Of a stretch of 64,000 nucleotides of DNA, positions 25,016-37,724 are shown in pieces. The notes under the pieces were generated by a model, which searched no databases, had not been told where the DNA came from, and was given only the letters and a program-made list of their open reading frames with translations. Made by a program: the position numbers and the translations under genes. Numbering within the stretch: the first letter of the stretch is position 1; each line of letters begins with the position of its first letter. The DNA is from Hormiphora californensis (lineage: Eukaryota > Animalia > Ctenophora), in contig CM035359.1 of assembly GCA_020137815.1 (NCBI GenBank), positions 1,922,001-1,986,000 of the forward strand. The letters run 5' to 3'.

Positions 25016-27830
25016 TTTCTTTCACCCTGTAACGTTCCCTATCAGTTCCTCATCTGATACAGTACTGGGAGACTGCAGTCATGACCCCTCTGAGATTTTC
25101 ATCACGGACACCTGCGATAACGTTCCTCTCGGTTCTGTCACCTCTAAACTTGATAACATCTCGTATCGTCCCCCACCTGATAACTGGAATGCAATCGGTG
25201 AGTGTGTGATCGTTGTGTTATTATCAATTTCCCGTTTGTTTTCATTTTAACCAAAAGTTTTTACCAATAGTTCGTTCACATTTAAACTCTGAAAGCTAAA
25301 CTAATCCCCCTAGAACTTACGAGCCACTATGATTAGGTACAATTGTCAATTATAGTGATAAAAACGTTTTCTCTCCAGGTGGGCTACCTGTTGCAAAAAA
25401 GGAGGAAGATACAACATTGTTCTACAAGCTGAAATACGAACATTCAAAAGGTTTGAAAGTCACAAATCAATAACAAATGATACCAATCATCTCTCTGTCA
25501 ATTGATTGATTCAGTACCAATGGTACTGTACCATTATACCGTTGTTTATCGTTGTTAACATCCCTCTCTCTCTCTATTCAGGAAGGTTTGAAGTTCCCCC
25601 TCTAGAGTACCTTAACTGGGAACCCACCGACCCATGTCCTGTCTGTACCAGATCCAAACTCCTTGACCCCACGCCCCGGATTGAGGATGGAGTGGTTGTG
25701 TGTGGGGGTGAGAGGGTGAAAGTGGGAGGATATCTCTATTTGTCACTTGATGCGTATACCATGCCAAACAGGAAGAGGAAGATGGTGTCGAGGTCAAGGA
25801 AGGACAGTGTTGATGAGGACATGTACCCAGGTTGGTAATGAAGTAAGCTGGCAAGGGGGGGGGGGTTACTTCAGAAGTAACCCCCCCTTGCCAGCGCGAG
25901 GGGTTATTTCGTAATATCCAGATTCCAGGTTAGTAGCTGACAATCATTTCTATTATATCCAGGACAGTGTCAGTCTGACACTTTCAGTAGGTGTTCAATG
26001 TTCAATGTTCAATGTTCATACACAGAGGCACCTGATACCAGTTGTAATTTCTGGAGTTTACACTCGGAAAATCCAGTAAATTATCCCCTTTTTAGCCCCT
26101 TTTTTCTGGTACTACCCGCATCCTCCATATCCTTAAATCGATAGTGTTTACGCAGTGAATACAGAGTGAATACGCAGTGAATACAAAGCGAATGCAGAGT
26201 GAATGCAGAGCGAATGCAGAGTGAATGCAGAGTGAATGCAGAGTGAATGCAGAGCGAATACGCAAGTAATACGCAGTGAATACAGAGTGGTTCCAGAGTG
26301 AATACGCAGTGAATGCAGAGTGAATACGCAATCATTGGGGATGTCCTACCAGAACTGTTTACGCAGTGAATACAGAGTGAATACGCCGTGAATACAGAGC
26401 GAATACGCAGTAGATGAGGTAGAAGTAGTAGTACTCATAGTGAAAACAATACAATAAAGATCTCACTGCTCGCATTTATCTATTTTCAGAGATAGTTACA
26501 TGAACCTATCTATCACGCTATAGCATATAATGTTAGACGAGACCTTGATTGGTCATAATCACGTCGTGATCATATCGCCGATTAAAGCAGATCAGATGGC
26601 CGATTATGGCAGGTCACATCGCCGATTATGACAGATCACAAGGTCGATTATGGAATCACATGGTCGATTATGGCAGGTCACATGGCCGATTATGGTAAGT
26701 CACAAGCAAACAGGCATGAGGCCGGTAACGCAAACAAAAGGGAGAGGGAGATAGAGATAGAGATAGAGATAGAGATAGAGATAGAGATAGAGAGGGAGAT
26801 AGAGAGGGAGAGGGAGAGGGAGAGGGAGATAGAGAAGGGATAGAGATAGAGAGGAGAGAGAGAGGGAGAGGGAGAGGGAGAGGGAGAGGGAGAGGGAGAG
26901 GGAGAGGGAGAGGGAGAGGGAGAGGGAGAGGGAGAGGGAGAGGGAGAGGGAGAGGGAGAGGGAGAGGGAGAGGGAGAGGGAGAGGGAGAGGGAGAGGGAG
27001 AGGGAAGAGGGAGAGGGAGAGGGAGAGGAGAGGGAGAGGGAGAGGGAGAGGGAGAGGGAGAGGGAGAGGGAGAGGGAGAGGGAGAGGGAGAGGGAGAGGG
27101 AGAGGGAGAGGGAGAGGGAGAGGGGAGAGGGAGAGGGAGAGGGAGAGGGAGAGGGAGAGGGAGAGGGAGAGGGAGAGGGAGAGGGAGAGGGAGAGGGAGA
27201 GGGAGAGGGAGAGGGAGAGGGAGAGGGAGAGGGAGAGGGAGAGGGAGAGGGAGAGGGAGAGGGAGAGGGAGAGGGAGAGGGAGAGGGAGAGGGAGAGAGA
27301 CAAAACCACTTTTTTTCGGGTTGTAGCAACAATATCCAATTTTTTATCACTGCGTATTTACGGCATTCTAGTTCTGGTAGGATATTACCAATGATTGCGT
27401 ATTCGCTCTGCATTCACTGCGTATTCACTGCGTATTCGCTCTCGATTCGCTCTCGATTATGGTAAGTCACAAGCAAACAGGCATGAGGCCGGTAACGCAA
27501 ACAAAAGGGAGAGGGAGATAGAGATAGAGATAGAGATAGAGATAGAGATAGAGAGGGAGAGGGAGAGGGAGAGGGAGAGGGAGAGGGAGAGGGAGAGGGA
27601 GAGGGAGAGGGAGAGGGAGGAGGGAGAGGGAGAGGGAGAGGGAGAGGAGAGGGAGAGGGAGAGGGAGAGGGAGAGAGGGAGAGGGAGAGGGAGAGGGAGA
27701 GGGAGAGGGAGAGGGAGAGGGAGAGGGAGAGGGAGAGGGAGAGGGAGAGGGAGAGGGAGAGGGAGAGGGAGAGGGAGAGGGAGAGGGAGAGGGAGAGGGA
27801 GAGGGAGAGGGAGAGGGAGAGGGAGAGGGA

Positions 27831-27904
<74 letters not shown>

Positions 27905-30900
27905 AAACCACTTTTTTTCGGGTTGTAGCAACAATATCCAATTTTTTATCACTGCGTATTTACGGCATTCTAGTTCTGGTAGGATATTACCAATGATTGC
28001 GTATTCGCTCTGCATTCACTGCGTATTCGCTCTGTATTCACGGCGTATTCACTCTGTATTCACTGCGTAAACAGTTCTGGTAGGATATCCCCAATGATTG
28101 CGTATTCACTGCGTATTCACTCTGCATTCACTGCGTATTCACTCTGGAACCACTCTGTATTCACTGCGTATTACTTGCGTATTCGCTCTGCATTCACTCT
28201 GCATTCACTCTGCATTCGCTCTGCATTCACTCTGCATTCGCTCTGTATTCACTGCGTATTCACTCTGTATTCACTGCGTAAACACTATCGATTTAAGGAT
28301 ATGGAGGATGCGGGTAGTACCTTTTTTCTCCCAGAGTTTTACCGTAAGACGGACTACATCAAGGGTAACAACGCGGATGTTCCTGACCCATTCAGAGTGT
28401 GCAGATTGGTTGCTATTGACAACCAAAACACGGTAGGAGCCAATATTATCATGATTATGGCATTTGACAATGACTCCGATTTACCGGAACTCCTATTTAA
28501 CGGGAGGATAAACTTCCCCCGATATAGAAAATTAACGGTATTAATTGACCCAGATATACCGGGCACTTCCCCAAGCATCCCGGTAAATCGGGATCCGAAT
28601 GTTATAGTTGTTGATCTTTGCCTTGTTCGACCCTCCCTCCCCGGTTTGAACAAAACAAGCTGATCTGCTGCTAATTCAGGTGACTGTAAGGAAGTTATAT
28701 CGACCTGAAAATCTTGATAAAGGAGTATGCTGTGCTGAGGAGTCAGACATTAATCTTCTTTACTACAGTGCTGAAATGGTATTTTCATATTTCACCAGCA
28801 ACTTTATTATCTCGCTATAAGAAGTGACATTTCACTTGTTATATGTTATAACCCTCCTTTAAATTAATTGTTGTTGGGCGTGGTGAGACAAGGAAATATA
28901 TTGTACCATTTCCCTATCCAGGTGTCAGTATCAGTGGACAAGATAGTGGGGAGCTGTACAGTACGTCACGGAGCTGATATCACCGATCTGGCTCAGTACT
29001 CATCCCGTGCTGACCATTTCTACTTTACCGAACAATGGAACGCGGAGGAGAAGGTACTGGAGGATCCTCCTGGTGATGTCAGGTGAGTGTTTTAGCAGGA
29101 ACCGACCGAAACAAGTAAACAACCAATCAGAACTCGTTATTGAGGTCACGTGACTGGTTATCAGCCAATCAGGGACCAGTATTTCCTGATTCGGTCGGTT
29201 CCTGTGTTTTAGAGAATCGTGGTTGCAGATTATTATTTGGCGAAGTTCCATTTGGTCATTTAGCAATTCGGTTTGTAGTGAAATGGAGATAAGAGTGATG
29301 TTGTTTTTAATTTGAACAAATCTTATTGTTGTTTGAACAAACATGATATTATGTTTTTAAATTTATTGCCAGGTTAAGTAATAAGGGGCCAGCTAAACAG
29401 AAAGTGGTCCCAGAGATCAAGCCACGAAAACTCCGAACGCTCGATGTCTTTGCTGGATGTGGAGGGTTATCTTGTGGATTCCATCAGGTTACTCCTTTAT
29501 AAAATTAGCTACTGCTCCTTCATAAAACCAGCTATTTTCATTTATAGATACAGTCACTTCTTCATAAAGCCAGCCACTGCTCCTTCATAAAACATGATAC
29601 CAATATAATTGCTCCTGATTGTGCTCACCAATACATCGTGTTGCAGGCGGGTGTAGCGGAGTCCAATTGGGCCATAGAGTTTGTTAGCGAGGCTGCTGCT
29701 GCCTACAAGCTGAACAACCCCAAAACAACAGTATTTAATGAGGTACATATAATGACGTCACAAATCCCAAAACAACAGTATTTAATTTAGTCCAAAAACC
29801 AATTAAATAAATTAGTTTGGATGCCCGGGCCCATGTGGTGTCACGGGGGTAACACCTTTAGGCTATAACTGCCATAATTAACGGCATATCTCGTTAATTG
29901 TTAATTGTTATCCTTCAATCTGTCTATCTTTATCTATCTCTCTCACTCTCTCTCTCTTTCTCTCTCACTATTTCTTTCACTATATCTTTCTTTTTTCTCT
30001 CTCCTCATATTTATCTCTCCGTCTTTATTGATTATATCTCACCCTTTCTATCCTAATTTCCTTTGCCTTTATCTCTCTCGATATCCATCATTTATGACAG
30101 TTATAGCCTAAAGGTGTTACCCCCGTGACACCACATGGGCCCGGGCATCCAAACTAATTTATTTAATTGGTTTTTGGACTAAATTTCTGTTCTTTTTGGT
30201 GTAAAATAGAAAAAGCTTTTTTCGGATTTTTTTTCTGATTTCTGCATATTTTCGAATTTGAATAATTCATAAATATGCGAATAACGACTAAACGGTGAGA
30301 GATACGACTTTTTGTCAGGGGGACGACCCCCCATAAATCGACTATTCTGCGCCGGAATATGTCCATGAAAACGTTCTAGGACCATCCGAAGTGGAAATAT
30401 TAAGAATATGCATTAAATCATGAATCGGTGCATAAATATGCAAATAACGGCTTAACGGTGAGAGATGGGGATTTTTGTCCCGAGTAAGACCCCCCATAAA
30501 TCGACTATTTTGCGTCGAATTATGTCCATGAAAACATTCTAGGACCAGCTGAACTGGAAATATTCAGAATATGCATTAAATTATGAATCGGTGCATAATT
30601 ATGCAAATAACGGCTAAACGGTGCGAGATACGACTTTTCGTCCGGGGGACGACCCCCCATAAATCGACTATTTTGCGTCGAAATATGTCCACGAAAACGT
30701 TCTAGGACCAGCCGAAGTGAAAATATTGAAAATATGCATAAAATCGTGAATAGGTGCATAAATATGCAAATGACGGCTTAACGGTGCGAGATAGAGATTT
30801 TTGTCCCGAGTAAGACCCCCCATAAACCGACCGTTCCGCGTCGAATAAGACCGGTTTCAAGTCTTTATGACCTTCCAGTCATGTCATATCGCAACCATGG

Positions 30901-33832
30901 TTAAAATGAATATTTAATGACTAATTAATGAATAATGAATGAACTATGGCGATTTCGAAGTTCTCACACAGCTATTACCGAGCGCAATGATGTAAGGAAC
31001 CACTGTTCCAAACGGCAAGTCTCTACTATTTGTGGTTTAGGAGAACACTCAAAGATAAAAAAGCGTCCTCCCCCCCCCCCTCCCCCTCCCCTCCTTACAT
31101 TTTTGCATTTTGGGACCCCTCTGGCAAATTTTTACCTTACATCTTGTATGTGCACCAGCACAACTTACATCCGATCGTTCTGAAAATTTGCATGCCTCTT
31201 CTCCTATATGAGGGCCCTTAGAGTACAAAATTTCAGCTCTCTACTTCATCTGGAACATGCTTTTTTAAAGCATCAAAAACCCCGAAATCTGCAATGGTAT
31301 ATAGTAGCACTGGCAGGTTTTCACGCGCTTGTGTGTAGAAGTGTTGCGTGTGCTCTCTCTTTTGTTTTTTGAGTTAGAGGGTATTTCTAAGGTGGGGGCT
31401 CTGCCCCCACACCCCCGTTTATGGTGGGGGCTGTGCCCCCACACCCCCCTTTTGGGCCCGGGGCACTTGCCAGTGCTATGATGATTAGTAGAGGGGGTTG
31501 TAGCACCGGGAGGTAATGAGTAAATACACACACACACACCCTATACCCAGCCGGTGAATAGCTAAATTGAGCTTGCTCAATAAGTATTTAATGAGGTACA
31601 TATAATGACGTCACAAATCCCAAAACAACAGTAATTAATGAGGTACATATAATGTCGTCACAAACCCCAAAACAACAGTATTTTATGAGGTACATATAAT
31701 GTCGTCACAAACCCCAAAACAACAGTATTTAATGATTAGTAGAGGGGGTTGTAGCACCGGGAGGTAATGAGTAAATACACACACACACCCTATACTCAGC
31801 CGGTGAATAGCTAAATTGAGCTTGCTCAATAAGTATTTAATGAGGTACATAATATGACGTCACAAATCACCTCTCCCTTGTCTTGGTGTCCCGGTGCGGC
31901 TACATGAGGCCAGCGTGTTACAGTCAGTTGTAACACGCTGCGATGTTACAGTCAGTGCCTGGCAACCTATCCCCGTGTCAATTACCCCTCAGCTCACAGT
32001 GCATCTTTTGTGTTCATAAGAAGCGTAAGAGATAAAATTCAATCCCTTCAATCAAACCCCAGGACTGTAACAAGATTCCTAACAAGGAACACTTTGGTAG
32101 CACCCATTACCCACGTATCAGGAACCGACCGAATCAGGAAATACTGGTCTCTGATTGGCTGATAACCAGTCACGTGACCTAAATAACGAGCTCTGATTGG
32201 TTGTTTACTTGGTCCGGTCGGTTCCTGCCATGTATTATAATGTACCACCCAGGACTGTAACAAGATTCTGAAGATGGCAATGGAAGGGAAGGAGGTGGAT
32301 GATCTAGGACAGCGGATACCCACCAAGGGTGATGTGGAGCTGCTATGTGGAGGTCCACCATGCCAGGTATTTACAAGATATATCTTATCTATAGACAACG
32401 ATCCTAACATCTAAACAACGATATAGTTGTACTTAATCGAAAAAATGACGGATAACCAATTGACAGAAGATTTAGACAACACTTGTTATGTTCGAACCCC
32501 CCTTTACATTTGTTTTGTGGGTGGGACGCGCGAAACCTAGAGTCTAGTTAGGCAAGACAATACTATGTCTCCCAGGGTTTCAGTGGGATGAACAGGTTCA
32601 ATGCACGGGAATATAGCCAGTTTAAAAACAGTCTCATCGCATCATATCTCAGGTAAGATGGGCCAGAGACCTAAACACCTCCGTCCGGTAAATCGAGGTT
32701 CGATTGTAACACACTGGGGAAGGGTTTAGGGAAATCGAGATCAGACACGAAAAAATACACTTTGGGGGGGGGGGGGGGGGGTGCAGTGCAAAGAAAATCC
32801 ACCATACCCTGGATTTTCAAAATTGTTGATTTTTTATCGTTTTTTAATCGTTTTTATCGTTTTTAAATTTAAAAAAATCTTTTTTGATCGTTTTTGATTT
32901 TTCTAAAAAATTTTTGATCTTTTTTATTACGTTTAAGCGACGTCTAAAGGAAAATCGATGAACATACCGTCTAAACAACGTCTCAACTAAAACCGGTGAA
33001 CATACCGTCCCGGTAGGGTAGGGAAACACAGCATTATTGTTTTTGTTGTTGTTATTATGAACACATGGTGATGCGTGTTTCTTGTTGTTGTTGAAAATGA
33101 AATAATATGACAGTTATCGGTATGGGGTTCATGTCTTGATCCCCCCGGCTTAGCTACCGTCATCTGGACGCTTTGTCCATCATTACCAAATTCAAATAAA
33201 TACAAAGTTTGCTAGATAAGTTGGAATCCAATTTTCTTAATTATTAATTCACCAACATTCCATTCGGTAGACATCATTGGCCCCATCATGACCCTTTCCA
33301 TTCCTGCATTTGTTAGAACGTCCATGCCTCCTGTAAGTTCTCTCAGCGTGGGGTCCACTCCAGCACTCATTGCCGGCCTGAACACTGAACACCTCCCACC
33401 CTAAAAGTTAAATATTTGTTAGCAAAACTAGCTATATAATACTAGTGGGTACACAGTGTGTACACACAATGACAATGCCAACTAATTACTAGTACGTAGA
33501 AATCATGATAACTAGCTACTAGTAGAAATCATGTCGGAAATCAGAAATATTGGTTACATATTATATAACCATGTAGCAAAGGGGTGGCTGATCAGAGGTT
33601 GAAGTTTTCCACCAAACTTGAATCGGCGACTTCAAAAACTTCAATTACATACCCCTGCGTTTAGCGAGTTCAGCACATTTGGCTTTAGTGTTCCCTCCAT
33701 GGTTTCCTAGATGTTTAGGAATTGCACGATCATTAGTATCCTTCCAGCACCCCAGGTGCCTGATTCGACAGGCCTCAACGGCAGGGGCAAAGAGCCCTAA
33801 CAGGGTAATAAGTAGAAGACAAGTAAACCTCA

Positions 33833-33863
<31 letters not shown>

Positions 33864-36800
33864 CAGTACTGATTTGGAGTGGATATGCACGCATATTTAA
33901 ATCACCTGGCTAGTGTAAGAAGTCTTCTTTGTAGTGCTTAGCTTAAATTTCTCTAGCTCTCTAGGCGGGGTAGTGCTCTAGCTTCTTGGTAATGCTCTAG
34001 CTTCTTGGTAGTGGTCTAGCTTCTTGGTAGTGGTCTAGCTTCTTGGTAGTGGTCTAGCTCTCTAGGCGGGGGGGGGGGGGCTGCTTTGTCTTATCTCACC
34101 GCGTCCCGTACGGTGGAAAGTGGTTGAATAAAATAAACGAGTGGTAGGTACCGCGCGGCCCAAAAAAAACTAAGGGTACGTTGGCCTTCTTTTCACCCAG
34201 AAGTTTAATTTCGATCACTCTGATATTTTGTCACAATATTTGTATGGTTACTCATTCGAGGAATCCGGAGTTTCAAAACATAAAATTGTGAAGTTCATGA
34301 ATGAACCCAATTTCTCGTTTTTCGGGTTTTTCCAAGTTTTCTCATGGTTAAATTCGATTTTATTCTTAAAAATAGCAACCATGCATTAGAGTAAACAATA
34401 ATAAATGGCAATCCGAGTTTTTATTAAAAATAAATCAAGTTTAGTTGGTGAAATAAATGATTAAAAAACGGTCATTTTTACCAAACATCGATTTTAACCC
34501 GTTTTGACAAGAAATTGGTAAATTCAGGCGTTAAAAATTCGTACGGCCATTACACTTGATCGATATTGATGTTAGCTAGAATTTCGGCTCTCTATCTAAA
34601 AATTCATTTTTACGACTGGAATGAATCCTAAATGAACTTGAAAACAAAAAAGGTATTCTAAACCGGAATTTCACAGTCGCCTTTGGGTAACGATTTCCTT
34701 TCAAACGCGACTAATTTTAGGTCAATTGGACCACCACAAGAGACACAGTGGCCACTTTTCCGACACTAGGTCTGCCCAAGTGACCCCTATTGGACCGCTA
34801 GCGTCATTACTAAGTGCCAATAAGCAGGTGTAACGGTCGCGTATCACGTATCACATCTGCTAATTAGGACGGTATACCGATACAGCGTCCGTTAGAATGT
34901 AAGTTCTCTTGCTAACACGTCATAATTTGATGGGGATCACATGACCCAACCTAGGCTAGGTAAACTGGTCACTGTGATTCTTGTGGTGATCCAATTAAGC
35001 TCAAACTGGTCGCGTTCGAAAGAAAATCGATAGCCAAACAAATTTGTAAAACTTTGGTACCAAAATATGGTCCCGTTTTGGCGTTCATTAAATGTTCATT
35101 CGGGCGAAAAAAATGAATTTTCATCCAGAGGGCTGAAACTCCGGATTCCTCGAATGAGTACCCATACAAATATTGTGACAAAATATCAGAGTGATTGAAA
35201 TTAAATTTCTAGGAGAAAAGAAGGCCAACGTACCCTTAGTTTTTTTTGGGCCGCGCGGTAGCTACCATAATCATGATAATATGGTAGGCTACCATGATCC
35301 TTGGTAACGAAGTTACCCCTCCCTTGCCGGCGCGGCGTGCGAAGCACGCCAAACGAAGGCCGCGAAGCGGCCTGAGTAGGGGTAACAAACCCGCTTTGAT
35401 TCACTTCAAAAATTAATAGCTCCTCAACCACTCAATGAAAATGCACCAAATTTTGGTATTCCCCACCAAATTGTCTGAAAATTATAATTCTGTACTCATA
35501 TTTAAAAAATTATCCCCGGAACCTTGGTTTTGAAATCAGTTTTAGGTGTTAATGATGAAAAAAATTTTTGAAAAAGTAGGTCAGGTATGCTTAACATCAT
35601 ATCAAAGATCGTGGCAAAGTTTGAAGTTTCTATCTCGAAAGGTCTGGCCATCAAAATTAAAAAGGTCTTGAAGTTGAACCATTTGTACAAAACATGTTGT
35701 AACTCAGCTTCTACTTTGCCAAATTAAACCTGGTTTGAAACACTGAACTGCTAATCTATCCCTCCGAATACGGACGAAGTTTGAAACCGCCAGCTCTATT
35801 GGCCGCTCTGCAATACTTGTTTGTGTCAAAGAAATCAGGAAAGTAACGAGATTTGGTCTCGGTGTGGCCCTGTGCGCGGCTCAAACCCCTTAGCTAGAAC
35901 TATGTAGTGTAGACTACAACTTTTCAGTGCTCAGTATAACGTTTTGGGCGCGCTATAAAAATAGGGGAAGCCCTTCTGATACCTCTAAACAGAGTGTGAG
36001 GTATCTTCGATACCAACCATGATCCATGGTACATTAACCCCTAAACTCGAACCCAAATAACGGCCCTAACACTTCTAAATGGGTATAGAGGCACAGCAAA
36101 CTCTCGTTTCCGGCCTAACGACCGAAATCTCGAGTTCGCTTTTCGTGATTTTAGCACTAGAGTCCGCTCACCTAGCCCTTGACACGAGGTTTATCGGGTA
36201 AAGTCTGATTTTTTAATCAAGGGACAAGGGGTCATTTTGACCTTATTTCAAACGCACATATCTCCGGTTCCTGATGAGATAAAGACTTGAAATTTTAAGA
36301 TCATGCCAAGTTCTTTATAACTTCAAAATTTCAAGTCTTTATCTTATCAGAAACCGGAGATATGCGCGTTTGAAATAACGTCAAAAAGACCCCCCTGTCC
36401 CTTGATTAAAAAATTTGACTATATCTCTGTCAAAAAGGAGTAAAGGGCGCTTTTAGCACCGGCAAAGGATTCCTGTGTCTTCATATGGGCAGGCATAGCG
36501 TTGAAGAGTGCTATCGCAGATGATATGTAAACGAGTTATATAGTACATAACTCCCTCCCGCGCGGGCAGATAATCAATAGACGCACTGCAGAGCAGTGCG
36601 TCTATTGAGCTGTAATGCACGGGTCCCTTCGGGACCCGTGCGTTACAGCCCTGTAAATCCCGAGCGTCAGCGAGGGGTTTACAGGTATATCTGCACGCAA
36701 GGGAGAGAGTTGTGTTCTATAGACCCCGCTGGCGGGCACCTAGAAGCAAAACAAGCACAATTTACGTGGTTTTCAAACAGAGAGCTCACACAAAACGGGT

Positions 36801-37450
36801 CAAACAGTTGGAAATGAAGCTACAAAGTGCCTCTCTACATTCCTACACACTCGTACCAATCGTTTTAACAAATCAAAAGGGTGGAATGCAGAGAGAGATA
36901 ACAGTTAATTGTGGGTCAAGAGGAACAGTTGCCAACAGACTGGCGGGCACCAAATCTAGACAGAGAGCTTAGTTGGTTGTACACACACTCCCTCTTGTGT
37001 TGTCATGTCATTTTATCGTGTTTCCAGTGATTCTTTGTGATCTTTACACAAATCTGTCAGAGGGCGTGCGTCTATCGAGACACAAACTCACGGCAGTGCA
37101 CGGCCCAATAGACCAGTGCAAATTGTTCGCGCGGGGCGGGCATCTATTTGAGCCAGCGGGGTCTATATATCTTCAAAGAGGCCTTTCCAAGTGGACGTTC
37201 TGCAGATGGCCCGAGTCTTGGGGAGTTCCAAAACATTATGTTGCTATGGTTTGGTAGTAGACGTCGCCATATCTTCCACATAGTCAGGATTTTGAATCTG
37301 TCTCGTCTTCTTTGTAGGGACCACAGCCCTAGGAATTTGAGACGATCCCAATAATCAAGATTGTCGCATCCCTCCAGAGTATGTGTAAAGGATCTCTGGA
37401 TTGCCTCAAGCCGTTCAATCTCTCCTATAAGATGGGGGGACCACAGCGAT

Positions 37451-37542
<92 letters not shown>

Positions 37543-37589
37543 TGGAGAGAGAGATGAGAGAGAAGAGAGAGAGACGAGAGAGAGAGAGC

Positions 37590-37622
<33 letters not shown>

Positions 37623-37667
37623 GAGAGAGAAGAGAGAGAGGAGAGAGAGACGAGAGAGAGAGGATGA

Positions 37668-37724
<57 letters not shown>

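Noticed and set aside
26628-28015. Long SL/SP/RE/GR dipeptide ORFs (also at 24744-25250, 37361-37785, 56449-56983, 62608-62925)
   Set aside because: Translations of (GA)n and (GAGAGG)n microsatellites
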